Shown in pieces: positions 49,398-62,665 of a stretch of 64,000 nt of DNA (the first letter of the stretch is position 1; every line of letters starts with the position of its first letter). This stretch comes from Rhina ancylostomus (taxonomy: Eukaryota). The notes below the pieces were generated by a model. That model was not told where the DNA came from and made no database searches. It worked only from the letters and a program-made list of their open reading frames with translations. Both the position numbers and the translations under genes were made by a program. The DNA is taken from positions 28,659,130 to 28,723,129 of the forward strand of contig JARFYF010000050.1 in assembly GCA_030265395.1 (NCBI GenBank). The letters are read 5' to 3'.

Positions 49398-51499
49398 CTG
49401 CAGGTAACACAGATTCCAAGAGTTAAAAGCAAAAGCAACATTTAAATGGAAGTGTACAACCTCCTGTAAAGGTAGTCCTGACCAATCCAAGTCATCAGCA
49501 TGGAACGATTGCTTGTTGCTTGACTGGCCACCCAAGAGTGGATTAGTAACCTATCTTACCTCCAAGAGTGAGTAGATCAGATGCTCTTAATTCACCTCCT
49601 AGGTGTAGTTAATCATCCTTTCCCCTCCTTGTGATCAGCTTCCTGAGTAAGGATTCATCACTTACGCACTACCCACCCCACCACACATCCACCCCTCCAA
49701 ACCTCATGACATGTCTGTGACGGGCATGCTGTTGAAGGTGGTGTTAAATTTGTGATTTAAAACTCTTTGATTCTTACCGGCACCCAGCCCATCCATCTGC
49801 AGTTAAAGTCTTACCACTAACAAAGCACCCCCCCCCACCACCACCACCACTCCCCACTGTTCCTAACTCTCAACAGGTTTGATCAAGGTGCTGCTCTATC
49901 GCTAGATGTTCAAAGTGAAGGGCATTGATCCCAGCAGTGACAGGCATTGCTTTGATCAACACAGAAAGGATAAAAATTCTGACAGAAAATCAAACCAGAT
50001 AGAAGGTAGAGATTATAGTTTCACACAGACCTACAAATATTAAACATAGATGGATTAAACAAGTTAAACTTAAAACAGATGACCTATTTGTTGTATAAGT
50101 CAGGATTGACCTGAAAGATGGTGACGGTCAAGTGGTATATTTTTACTGCATCTATACACAATGAATGCTGCTACAAATCTATGAATTGGAGATACTCAAC
50201 TGATGACAACCAAGCCAATAAAATGAATGCATATTATTAGATTTCAATGAGGCTGAAAGTTTTCAAAGAAGGCCCTACCTACAATAATTCCTGTGTGATA
50301 CCATTGTGGCTCAGTTGGTAATACTTTTCCCCAAAGTTGTTGGTTTAAGTTCCCCTCAATACTTGAGCAAAATATTTAGCCTACTCTAACCACATTCACA
50401 AACATTCAAAAAATATTAATATTTAATATTGCAAACAAAAATTAAAACATTTAAAAGATGAACAATCACATTAGATTTAAAATAACAAAGGCACCAGAAA
50501 CATAAAAGCAGTTAAATACATTTAAATTTAATTAATTCAGCAAATGTAAATGATCTGAAACTTGCCTCTATCACCACTATTGCTGTCCATTGAAATGAAT
50601 GGAATAGCTGAACCAATTCCAAAACTTACCTGGTACATGGTTAGCATCCAGATATTGTAATATAATAGCAGGGAAAATGAAGGATTTCAAAATACTACCG
50701 CTGGAATGCAAGCTCGGAATACAAAGCGAATGACAGTGGCAAGGATCTATCAGGAACCTTAAGATTTCCTGGTTGATGTAAGTGGCCCTCAAAAGTGTTT
50801 GGATTGTCAATTTGTCCCTCCCCACAAAGTTGTGCAGCCCTAGTCTAGATTTTTAATACCAAATTCCTGGCTGGCTTTGAACCTTTTGACTCAGAATCAA
50901 GGTTACATTTAAAATTGGGAAATGAAGTAGCTTTGACATGGTGTGTATAACTGAAGCATTGTACCAGATGGGTTAAGGTACAAAGCTAGTTAATGCAATT
51001 GTACAGCAGGCTTTACGAAATATGGACCACCATGCCAGATTGGGTCAAACATCCAGTGTTTGCCTCATGAGGCACAATGCATGTACAGTCCTTGTTGAAC
51101 CATCTGGTTCACGTTATGGGTCAAAGATTTCCATGACTTTTTTTAAACCATCTTTACATTTTGCCTTCTGTGCCTGCTTTAATGCGTTTATGTGTTTGAT
51201 GTGCATAGTATTTTTATATTTCTTGCCACTTTACCCTCATGATCTATCTTCTCCATTCCTTTTTTAAATGAATGAATTCAAGGCCAATTATTCCTTAGTG
51301 TGGTTTGAACCATTGTGACTAATTTGGGAATGCTAACACTAAGACAAAGGCTTATTTCAGGTTTTAGGAACATCAACACTGGCTCAAACAGAAATGACTT
51401 CCATGAGCTTAACCAACCTCTTCCTTCTACCAAACTAATGAATGGTGAAGTTAATTGATATACAGTCTGACATCCAGTGCACTTACTAAGATGTCCTAT

Positions 51500-51825
51500 T
51501 GGGTTTTATCATTCTGGGTTGTGGGTTTTGCGATGGGCTCATTCCTAACTGCCATTCAAAGGACAGCGAAGAATCAACCACATTGCATTGATCACATGGA
51601 GACAGCAGCATGTTAAGGATGACAGATTTTCTTCCTGCAAGGACATTACTGAACCATCTGGGTTTTTATGACCATTCAGTAGATTCAAGATTACCACTCA
51701 TTCTAGGTTTAGTTACTTGAATTTTAATTCCCCAGCTGCTGTACGATCCAAACTTGTGTCTCCACATCAGTAATCCAGGTCTTTGTAGATGAGTTCAGTA
51801 AGTTAATCACTGTACTACCATACCT
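51500..51825 (-). mobile_element. SlmI/Meta-like SINE
   Basis: gaatcaaccacattgc..aaggatgacagatttt..ggacattactgaaccatctgggttttt. Confidence 0.7.
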
Positions 51826-52379
51826 ACAGTGTGCTTACTGTAAATTGCAGTGTGGTGCTCTCTGCACAAGATCAGGGGTGTATCTGAACAGGGCCAGCTG
51901 TTTAAAAGGAAGAGGAGGCAATGAGCATCATGAAGGCTGAACCTAGGAATGTTTGTTATTTAATGAAATATTGAAAAGCATGGAAGGTTAAAATGGGATT
52001 AAGAGGGAGAAAGTCAGAAAGAAATATTCAAATTTTTCAGAGGCTGAGGACAGTAATTGAACTCTGAAAAAGAATTTGTCTTTACAATTTTAAAGTTAAC
52101 TTTCAGTACCAGAGAACTTATTTGGCAACAATGATCATACTTTTGACTTACACTGATAAGGATAACTTTTACTAGCATTCTTGCTCAGTATCTATAACGT
52201 AAGCAGAGCAAATTCACACTATTCAATGTGTTTCAATGCAGAAGTTTTCAGTGACATATTTAGTAGAAAAAAGCAGAACAACTTACAGCAAATTCTTGAC
52301 TTCCATGACCAACTATGCAGAGTCAGACTACAATATACACTTGGTTTCTCCTTTGCCCCTCCTATTTCTCATCAATGTG

Positions 52380-53180
52380 ATGTTTCTGAAAACAACATCT
52401 GAAACCACATCAGGTGCCACGTGCACATTGACCACATACTGCTCTGCTTCACCATCATCTTTCGATCCTTCCAGTCTCTCAAAGCTGAGATTTTTTCCGG
52501 TCAGATATTGCAAAGATCAAACTACCATCACAACTCAGTTCCAGAACCACTGGCTTCATGCTTCTCCACAGAGACGGATCTAGATTGGTCATAACCTTGC
52601 AATCCTGTGGGTCCTTGAACTGATCCTGTCCATTACCAAGATTCTGTTTGTAACACTGCTTCTGTGTCACAGCCTCCCGTCAACTGCTGCAGAAACCCTC
52701 CACCATTTCTTTATCATGCATAACAAATCCAATGCTTTCTTGGTCAACCAGCAGCCTTGCATTCACTGTAGATGTGACGCAACCCTAACTTACAGCCTGT
52801 AATCCAACTCATGTCAAGGCGTGTTCGCCAATCACCCTTCAACTCAATGACCCACATTGCTGGTCTGGTAGAAATCTAGATTTTAATACTCACATTATTG
52901 TTTTCAAATCATGTATTTCTTCCTGCCTCCAGCTCCAGACCAATAACCAATTAAGGTCTCTGCTACCCTCTAGTTCTAGCCTCTTGTGTACTGTTGATTT
53001 TCTTAATCTAAACTCTGCAAATCCCACCTTAAATTTCTCCACATCTCTACTGAGGTCACTCATTAAGACATATTTTCTGTCCAAGCTTTTGGTCACTTAC
53101 TCTCAAGCAGCTTAGCATCAGGTTTGGTCTGAATACACTCCTGTGAAATACACGGGAGCATTTTACTTGTTGCATTAACA
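52380..53180 (+). mobile_element. L2 LINE C-terminus and 3' tail
   Basis: actgctgcagaaaccctc..aatcacccttc..cacattgc; tail ccaagcttttggtcac..cactcctgtgaaatac. Confidence 0.65.
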
Positions 53181-53214
53181 CCCTGTAAACTGCTAAAATT
53201 AGTGGAGTGGAATG

Positions 53215-53610
53215 GGATGGTGGCACAAGAAGTCATAGGATTAGTAATCAGGTGGCCTTAGTGTTGACAGTTCAAACCATATCACAAGAGCCGTGAAATT
53301 TAAATATAATTAACTAATTAATTAATTAAAAGGCAAAGCTCAAGTCAGTTCAGGTGACTGTGAAACGACTGAATGCTCGTAAAACCTCACCTGGCTCACA
53401 GTGGCCTTCAGAGAAGAAAATTTGTTCTTCTTATCTGACCTGGCCTAAATTTGACTTTAGACCCATCAATGTGCTTGACTCTGAATTGTCCTCTTAAATG
53501 ATCTTGCAAGGCATTTACCGGTATCAAAATTGCTACATTAAAATAGCAGCAAGGATAGGCAATAAATGCTGGCCTTGCCAATGACACATACATCCCTTGA
53601 AATAAAAAGA
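53215..53610 (+). mobile_element. SlmI/Meta-like SINE
   Basis: gactgtgaaacgactg..gtaaaacc..ggataggcaataaatgctggccttgccaatgacacatacatccc. Confidence 0.75.
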
Positions 53611-56189
53611 GAAAGTCAACTCATCACAAATCAAAGATCAAACCTGGATGTCCTTATTGGTGTTGATCAGTTGCACTCTAGACAGTTCATTTACTAGCTG
53701 ACACACAGGAGGCAGTTAACGCTGGTATTGATATTCCCCAGCCCTTCATTCAAAATCTATGGTCGGCAGACAGTTTGACTGATCCTGCACCAGTACTAGG
53801 TATGCACAGCAAACACCCTTCTGCCAATGTACTGCTCCAGTGAGATTCAATATCATTAGTAGAATAGAATGTACACAGTTTGAATATTAAGTACAGCTCC
53901 TGTTGCTGCCTCACCTTTCAAGAGTNNNNNNNNNNNNNNNNNNNNNNNNNCTAAACAAACTGGAGCTCTGTATGTTGAAGCTGTCAAAACCTTCACTTTC
54001 ATCTATAATTCACATTTATATTCATAAAATTAATTTTGATATGATAGACGCTTTGAAATTTCTACAAGTGTATGCATGGTCCCTTCTTGGTGCACTGCAG
54101 TATCTGAGTTACTAGACACAGTAAAAAAAAATCAGATACTGGCATGACACTTGTACAGGAGGGATGAACATTTTGATAACACTCACACTATTGCTACCTC
54201 TATCTGCAATGCCATCTAAATAAATATTAGTTTTTTTTATCATCATTGTGCCTTGTCCTGCTTAGAAAACCTCAAGTTTACTGATGTGGATTGCAGAAAT
54301 ACCGAAAATCTGAAGCACAAAGAAAGGAAGCAATGGCCAAATGGTCAAAGCCGATGGTCAGGCTCGACATGAACCCCCTCCCTCCCTGCCACATCCTCCC
54401 TTGTTGGCATTTCTTTCTATTCCTTTCTTCATATATAATTATCTATCTTCTCCCCACATGCACCCATACTACTCATGTCAACTAGAAATACAAGAATGCA
54501 ACCTATCCATTTTACACCGTAAACATAAAAAAGGTTGAACTAATAATGCACAAACTATCACTGATCAGTGCAAGAGATAAATCCCTGTTCTCCCATTGTG
54601 AAACATGCAGTATATTATCAGTACCATCTTCCCTAAACAACACTACAAGCTCTTCATAAAAATGAAAGCATTATCTTTTCTCCTTTCTGCACTGAAGAGT
54701 GTGTAGAATACCCGAGGGAGGAATATATGCGTAGAGTGGAAGGTTGAGGTCAGATAGCAGAGCATATTCCAATTTGCAGCTTTAGCAGCCAGACACACAT
54801 CACACATATTGGCCCATTATTGGCAAGCATGGTTTTGAATATTAACAGCCACATTCATGAACTGCAGGAGTCTGTGTGCAAGTGCTCCGGAATGTTCAAT
54901 GTTTTATGTGGTGCAGTTCCTGCTACCTTGTTGATCCTGAGGGTGCTGATCTTCATCCATATTGCCAAGATTTCAGCTTCTAACTATGTATTACTGCTCT
55001 CCCAGTGACTGCTTTTGAATTTGTTTCCTTGATAGCCTTCAAACAATGACACTGCATGTTGAAGGTGAATGTTATACTTGCCCAGCTAGAAAAAAGTCCA
55101 GAGTCTGTACCAGTGTTGAAAATAATAAATAAAGCCACAAAGCAGAAAATTAAGCAAGTTAAAATACAAAAGGAAGGCAGCAGTTAAAAATACTTGAATA
55201 CCGTATCATTAAAATATGAATTGCTGAATTGTAATACGAAATTTGCTTTGAGATTTTAAGCTCTGTATAGTTATGGTGCTTTAACTATAAAGGACTAGCC
55301 TGAATTTTGTAGTCAGTGACTGATACATTACATTTGCCTGCAGACTTCCTGTGAATCTTGTAGCTGTTGCAAATCCAAAAGGAGTACTGCACCCTGTACA
55401 GAGCACAGGGGCCCGTGTGAACAAACAGTGGCATGTTCTGAACCACTTTGAAAAATCATCACTGTCTAAGGTAGAGCGTGAATCATGTCAGAATACTGAA
55501 TATAGTGCCAAATCATATACAGAGAGGGAAACAGAGAGAGACATAGGAATGGCAACAATAAAATGATACAGAAAGAAAAAAATATAACAGAATATTTTCA
55601 TAAACTGATATTTTTTAAACTTTCCAACTCCAAGTGAATGAGTCCCTACATTTAGAAATATATTTCAGTTGCATAAAGGTTATTTAGGAGTAATTAAGAT
55701 CTATCACATGGAAATTTCCTAATGTTCCCAAGCACATAAAGCCCATCTTTCATATTAGTACTTCTGACTTTTCTCGCCATTTGAATGGGAAGAACAGTCT
55801 CTTGGTGAGATACCTATACAGTTGAGCTTGTAGAGAAACAGGACAAATATGACAAGAGTTCTTCTGATTTTCACATTTAGCTCCAAGTGCTGTTAATAAG
55901 GTGGGTACTGATTGGCCCGCTGATAGTTTCTGCAGCAAAATCCAGGCCAGCATGTGACAGATGTTATTGGGAAGGATACTGACCTTATGTTTAACATGTG
56001 TTAGTGAAAGGGAAAACAGTAATAGCAGGATTTATATTATCCAGCAGAATTAGTGCAACAATGTTCCTTTTCCAATCTCTTAAGTAACTTGCATGTCCAT
56101 CATGCATGAAATAGAAGAACTTCATCTTACCATTTTTTTTATCATAATGGTAAATCTTGGCTTTAATAACAGCTAAGTGATATTGACTA

Positions 56190-56570
56190 ATTCAGAATGT
56201 AGCCTTGTTACAATTCCCACAAAATATTCCTAACAATTGACCAGCGTATCCATTGGCAAGAGATCTAAACAACTGGCAACTGTTTCCACAGAAATCCATC
56301 TGACCACTTAGCCAGTTATTCTATGGAAACCATCTGATTATTTGGACAGTACTTTCCCAGATGTTTTTGGAGAAGTTTCTGTGTTTCCATTGAAGGGTTC
56401 AAAATGCATTCATTGTATTTGTGCAATGAATAGTGATGTATCATATGGATTATATCTCCAAGCATTGCAAATTGATGGTATAAATAAATTTTCCCAGGTT
56501 AACTTTTCAACTGATTCTGTGCCATGTGTGTGCAATGTACTTGAGGACAATTTACAAGAAACAAGGTGAT
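56190..56570 (-). mobile_element. ancient Tx1/L1 ORF2 C-terminal relic
   Basis: LQKHLGKYCPNN..DGFLWKQ..ISCQWIRWSIVRNILWE resembles Tx1 post-zinc-knuckle sequence (FLSRFIPS..YGLFPG..INCAWRIINSVKDALW); upstream LTWENLFIPSICN. Confidence 0.4.
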
Positions 56571-56659
56571 AGGAACAGAAGTAGATTGCACAACCTCTTT
56601 TGCCCGTTCTACCGTTCTGAAGATTTTGGTTGACTTCCTTGGCACTTGAATAACTCCTA

Positions 56660-56900
56660 GTTATGACCTCCAGCTGTAGCCCAGCTCCCAACCCACCTGC
56701 CATGGGGAATTCCAAAGGGTCACATCCCTCATTGAAGAGGTTTCTCATCTCATATCCTGAGACAATGTTTACTAGCTCTTGACCTTTCATTCACAGAAGG
56801 AGTTTGACAGTATCTACCATCTCAACCCCTCTTAAGAGTTTAAACATTTCAAAGAGGTCACCATCAATTTTTCTAAACTATAGAGTATGTAGGCCCATTC
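56660..56900 (-). mobile_element. CR1 3' fragment
   Basis: gggaattccaaagg..aagaggtttctcatctc..gaggtcaccatcaatttttctaaact. Confidence 0.6.
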
Positions 56901-57719
56901 ATCTGGGGGTAAATTTCTACAATTAATGGTTTAATCCCCAATGTCTAAGATTGCTGATAAATGTTAAAAACTTGAATGGATATAGATAAGTTTCATGGAA
57001 TAAATTTGTGTACATTTGCTTTACAAGTTTTATAGTTCCAGAGCTGCCCTCGAGATCTTAGGCCAGATTGTCTTCTTAAAAACTTTCATTTCCACTTGGA
57101 CCTGCTAACTTTTGCCCACATTAACTAGGCAGAGGTTCCAGGGTCCTGAACAAAGTTTGAAGTCTCACTGGATTTCCCACAGAGTCCAGTAGAAGAATAC
57201 AACTTGCACAGACTTCACTGCAGTGAGGTCATTTTTTATTTTCATTGAGTCAATTTCAATGTATTTAATTATTTTAACTGTTTCCCAGTGTTTTACTTAT
57301 TTATTTTTGTTCTTTAATCAACTCCTAAAATAATAATTTTTGAAATATTTATGACATTCAGTCTCTGTCAACCAAGCCTGGGACCAGTGAATTCAGCCCT
57401 GGAGAAGTGCTTAACCACAGCTGCCAAAGCATCTGTGGCAGTGAGGCATGCCATGCACAATCAGAAAGTTCCTGCACTACACAGGGCCTTACCTCTAANN
57501 NNNNNNNNATGTACCCAGAGACCCACTACATGTATATATGAGCTTCAAGACCAAGCAATCGGCTAGCTCAGGCAACTCGCCAATCAGGGCAGACTAGAGT
57601 AATGAGATCCAATCTGTTTCAGCAAGCATATACGCTGACAGCATGTAAGTGCAGTCATTTGCCTTTGTGCCAAAGATGATCAATTCACAGAACAACATAA
57701 TGCACGGAAAGAGTCTTTA

Positions 57720-58215
57720 TTTTCACCTTCTGATTTGGAAAGCACTGCCTAAAAAGATGGTGGAAACAAACTTAATTCTAACTTTCAGGAATTAACTGGC
57801 TGTAAAAGAAAGACTTCCAGAGCTGCAGGGAAAATGCAGTGGCGTTTGACTAATTGGATAGCTCCTTCAAGGTACCAGCACAGGCATGATGGCCTCAGCG
57901 GCCTCTTTCTCCACTGTGTGAATCCATGATTCTGTATATCAGGCCTTGTTGCAAAACACAGGTCTTGTTTGAAGCTGTAGCACATTGGTTGGTTATCATA
58001 GAGATTTATAATTCCAAAATTATATTGGTTGCTGCATTTTCCACAATAAACCAGCAATTCTTTTCTTAAGAAGCAGCTGGGCAAGCACTTGAATTGCCAA
58101 GGCATGAAAGGACCAAATGCTGGGAAATGGGACTAGTATATACAGTATTTATTGATGGTCATCACAGACATGATGGGCTGATGGGCCTGTTTCTGTGCTG
58201 TGTGACTATGACTTT
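57720..58215 (+). mobile_element. two CR1 3' end fragments
   Basis: tggaaagcactgcctaaaaagatggtgga; gatgggctgatgggcctgtttctgtgctgtgtgactatgac. Confidence 0.65.
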
Positions 58216-58734
58216 TTTGGAGATGGTGCTAGTATTGCAATTCAAATCAATGTCCTTACAGATCTTAAGATTTGGAATCTTGATTCAGACTTCTATATCA
58301 TATTTTTATAGACCATGAAAGCCATTAGTTGAACAAATGATCCAGAATAAGGCCATATCTTCAAAAAATCCACTTCAAAGTGCAGCTTTTCCAAGCTATT
58401 CTGTCATGTACTTGTCACCCCTGAATAATTGCAGATACCCAACTAAATTCAATATTCCCATATAATGTGCTCAGATCTGACAATTGCATTTGTCTAATTT
58501 AGTGATAAAATGTTTCAAGGGGCTTCTCTGTGAAAATAGCATATGTAAACAATTTTACAAGCTGGACATTGTTGAGTAGGCTGAGAAACCTCTATGACTC
58601 CCTCTGGGCAATGAAGAATATCAGAAGCTTGAAGCTATGTGCTCAAGTACCACAGTCTCAGCATTCTAAATAGAGTCACTGTGGCAGACAAATAGAGGTA
58701 TCATTCACCTTTCACAAAAAAATAGTTTACTATG

Positions 58735-58840
58735 GATATTGATATTGGTATTAGTTTATTATTGTCACATGTACCTAGATACAGTGAAAAGGTTTTGTTT
58801 TGCATGCCATCCAGACAGATCATGCCATACATAATTACAC
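58735..58840 (-). mobile_element. Rex1-type tail
   Basis: tattggtattagtttattattgtcacatgtacc, the same tail as at 46360. Confidence 0.7.
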
Positions 58841-59616
58841 CACAGGAGCAAGGATTTGTATGAAACAGTGTTAAGCTGTTTTAGCCCAAGATATTACATA
58901 CAACATAGATGTCTTGTCATGAGATGATCAAGTGAACTTAAGAATTCAGAAATTTTGAGTTCTTAACTTGCATATCTTTTTATTTAAAATTTGATTACCT
59001 TAAAATCATTTGGCAATCTAATGTTTTTCTAAGGCCTTTTTCAGAGAATTAAAATGACAACCTAATTCAGCTATGTTTTGAAATGCCCATTCATGGATTT
59101 TACTACTTCTTCTATGAAATCAAAAGCCTCATAAGTAGAAGAATTAACAAAACTCAGTTAAGCGCTGCCAATATTTCCTAAGTTACCCCCTTCCCTGCCT
59201 CCCTAGCCCCAACCCCAGGCTAAATATGCCACAAACGGCTTTGTAAATTAAGCAAAGAATTACTCACGCATCCTCAGGAGACTGAAATTTTCAGCAAATG
59301 CAGTCACAAATATAACCACAGCCTCAATGCCAGGGCATCTAAGCACAGCAAGCAAGTAAATCAGTCCCTTCTCTGCAAGATTTATTTTGTAATAGATACG
59401 CTTGCACATAAATGAGATAAATTCACTGCTTATGATTCAATACAATAAATCATTTCAAAGTCACACCACATTTTTTTTAGGTAACCTGGAATGGTTTCAA
59501 AATATTGGAAAGGAATGCAACAAACTTTGTCTGACTGACGCAAATGCAAGCTATTTCAAATAAATTTCTGTCAATCTTGAAATGAAGAAAGCCTTTGAGT
59601 TAATTTTGCAAAAATG

Positions 59617-59723
59617 CATCCTCAATGGGGACCCCACATTTGCCAGGAGCATGCCTTTATTAAATCATCCTCAATGGGGACCCCACATTTGCCAGGAGCA
59701 TGCCTTTATTAAAATCATCCTCA
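59617..59723. repeat. near-perfect 49-bp tandem duplication
   Basis: catcctcaatggggaccccacatttgccaggagcatgcctttattaaat x2 (second copy has one extra A) plus catcctca. Confidence 0.95.
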
Positions 59724-61679
59724 CATGTAATTAGTATGGAAAACTGATACATCAGGTCTCTACACCATATGACCAAATGTAATTCAAGGAACTCCTCTGA
59801 TGAGAGTTTAATCAAATAATTTAGTGGCTTTGCTCATAATGCTCAGTGTTTAATTATATTCTCTCCTCCTCCTTTATTTGAGGCCCTCATTTGCAGTCTC
59901 TCGGTAGGTATGGAAAACGTGAGGTCTAATTGAAGATAGCTGAGCTTAATTTCTTCATCAAAATATCACCATCTACATTGTTGCTGTGTCAATGCTGACA
60001 CCCACAGCAGGCAACTTGAAGACTTTTGTCAGTAGGTTTTATCAGTCTGGCCACCCTTTCCCATAAGCACAGGTGACAGGGCAGAAGATGATAATGTTGA
60101 TTTGGGTGGACTCTAGCTCTACAACAGGGGAATAACCAGATAAATCCCAGCATAAACATAGAGAATCTGTTCAGTATGATATTTTGCTCTTCTGCGTTCC
60201 CAAAATATTCCTTTCTGTACTTCCGTTGCCCAACACAATCCCATTTTCTCTCTCCTCACATCCCCCCCTCCTGCCTTCCCAATGCATTATTACTCAGAAA
60301 TGCAATTGCCTTAGGTTTTAACCAAGTTTGAAGCAATGGACAAGACTCAAACAGTCACTGGCTCACTGCACCTGCTCCATTCTGATGGGTGCACGAGACA
60401 AATTTGGCTTTTGCTCTATCCCTGCATGACACCTGAAAGAATTTTCTCTCCACCTCCCTTGTGTTTTTATTCCCCACATGAAGTTCACCTTAACCAAACA
60501 GGCAGCATGTATTTCCACTTCACTCTACCTGTTCAGCACCCAGGGTTGGGTGGTGTGGGTGGGATTGTGTTGGTGAAGGTGCATAAAGTAATTTTCAAGC
60601 CTTTTACCTACCTTCTTTATGGAATTGTCTAATATTTCCATTGTGTTTTAGCTGATATTTTTCAGTCAGTTCATTGGTTTTCCAGTATAAGTAATACTTG
60701 TAGCATGAAGGTTAACATCAGGGCAGGAATTAATCATTTTAACAAATAATTTGCACAATTTTATCATGAAGTTGTCTTGGTTACAAATAAAATGTTGGGT
60801 TTAAATGGAATATTTATCATTCCAAATACATTCTAAAACAGTTCATTTAAGAAGGTCCTCCATCAGTGGTTTGGCAGAACACTGACACTTGTAAATTCCG
60901 ATTCAATTTTATCAAGGTAAAACTACAATTAAGTGTTCAACCACATCTGAAAAAAAGTTGTCAATATATTACCTATTTTGAAAATAGGAAGTAACATTAT
61001 CCTAGGACTTATTGTTTAAATAAGACATAAAAAATGCATACTTATAATTCAACGAAATGCTGGCTCTAAGTTGATGAGTGTCATGTAGTAATATAATTAG
61101 AATCAATCAATAGGTGCCTGTCAAAATTGGATTTGTTTTTCATTCTGCACATACTGCATAAGTTACCATGAAAACATCTTCAGTGTGCAGAATAATAGTT
61201 GAAAAAGTAAATAATTGGTTTGTGTGAATAAATCAGAAAGCTAATTTTGCCCTTTGCCACTATCAGATACTAGACTTTGATGATGACTTCAGTTTCTTAT
61301 TGTTTGCCTCAAAAGAGCTTCAACATTCAGCGGTTACGTTCCTCTTGATACCTCCTACCAAATGAATTAGTCATTTTGAGGAGAGAAAAATGTCATGAGA
61401 TTCTGTTTAGATGACAAGAATGAACTTTCCAGTCTCTGCAGACAACATGGTGGAGTCACTATCTGTCCATATAGCCACACTAAAGACATCTTGCACATCA
61501 CATGCCCAGTTACCAAAAAAAACACTATTTTAAAGCAACTGAACGCTGATTACAAATATAAATTCAAGAGAAATTAAGATATTGGCTCCAATCTTTACCA
61601 TAATTTCCACTCATACAAATAATGGAATATAACATCTGTAGTAATGATATGCCTCTGGTCTCTCTTTGTATGTACACTG

Positions 61680-61800
61680 CACAGAACCATAGGACAATAC
61701 AGGCCCCTCGGCCCACCATGTTGTGCTGACCTTCAAAGCACACGGCATCTAACCCCTTCCTCCCACATATCCCTCTTTTATAGAACTATAGAACAATACT
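61680..61800 (-). mobile_element. HER1 3' tail
   Basis: agaaccataggacaatacaggcccctcggcccaccatgttgtgc. Confidence 0.7.
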
Positions 61801-62409
61801 GCTTATAATACAGCTTTGCATAGGCTTATAATGACAATTTTGGAATTGTAACCTTTAAAAGTTGTACAACATAGAGACTTGCGAGAGAGGTAGGACGACA
61901 GTCAGATATTGCCAAGGGCAGCTGGAAAATAGTCTTAACAGAGGGGCTAGAGAGATCTCACTTGCTCTTATTATGAGAACAATGCTTAATAATTGCTCAT
62001 TTAATACAGGGGAAAAGATACTGTGCCTTGATGGGGCTGCATTTGATGTAAGTGTGAATTTCTGGTGAATACAAACAAGACTACCACTTGATCTGATAGA
62101 AGAGAGGAACAGGGCTCCTCCAGTTAAGGAATGAGCAATGATAGACAGCTTGACCAGGCAACATCCTTCACCCTTGAAGAACAACACATAGGAAGTGACT
62201 CCAGAGATATACTGTGCTTGAAAGCACTGGTACAGCAACTGGTACTAATACATGCATCTAGAAATTGGATTGCTCCCATTTTTGATGTGCTAAGTGGATG
62301 CTGTGTTTACCCCAATGTTCAATTGGGGGACTTGCAAAACAGAAAGAAATCACAAAATTGGAGTAAGTTACCGATAAAAAATGTTGAGAGTCATCTATAC
62401 CATTTTACA

Positions 62410-62665
62410 TCTATTAAATTTTTCCCCAGTTTTTCACACAACGAGTGATAGGTGCCTGGAATGCACTGCCAGGAGAAGTGGTAGAAGCAGAGTTAACGAT
62501 AGCAACATTGAAGAGGCATTTAGACAGGCACACGAACAGGGAGGGAATGGAGGGATATGGATCATGTGCAGCCAGATGACATTAATTTGGATTGGCATCA
62601 TGGTTGTCACAGATATTGTGGGTCAAGGGGCCTGTTCCTGAGCTGTACTGTTCTATGTTCTATTA
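62410..62665 (+). mobile_element. CR1/HER1 3' end
   Basis: ttttcacacaacgagtgataggtgcctggaatgcactgccagg..gggcctgttcctgagctgtactgttctatgttcta. Confidence 0.85.
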
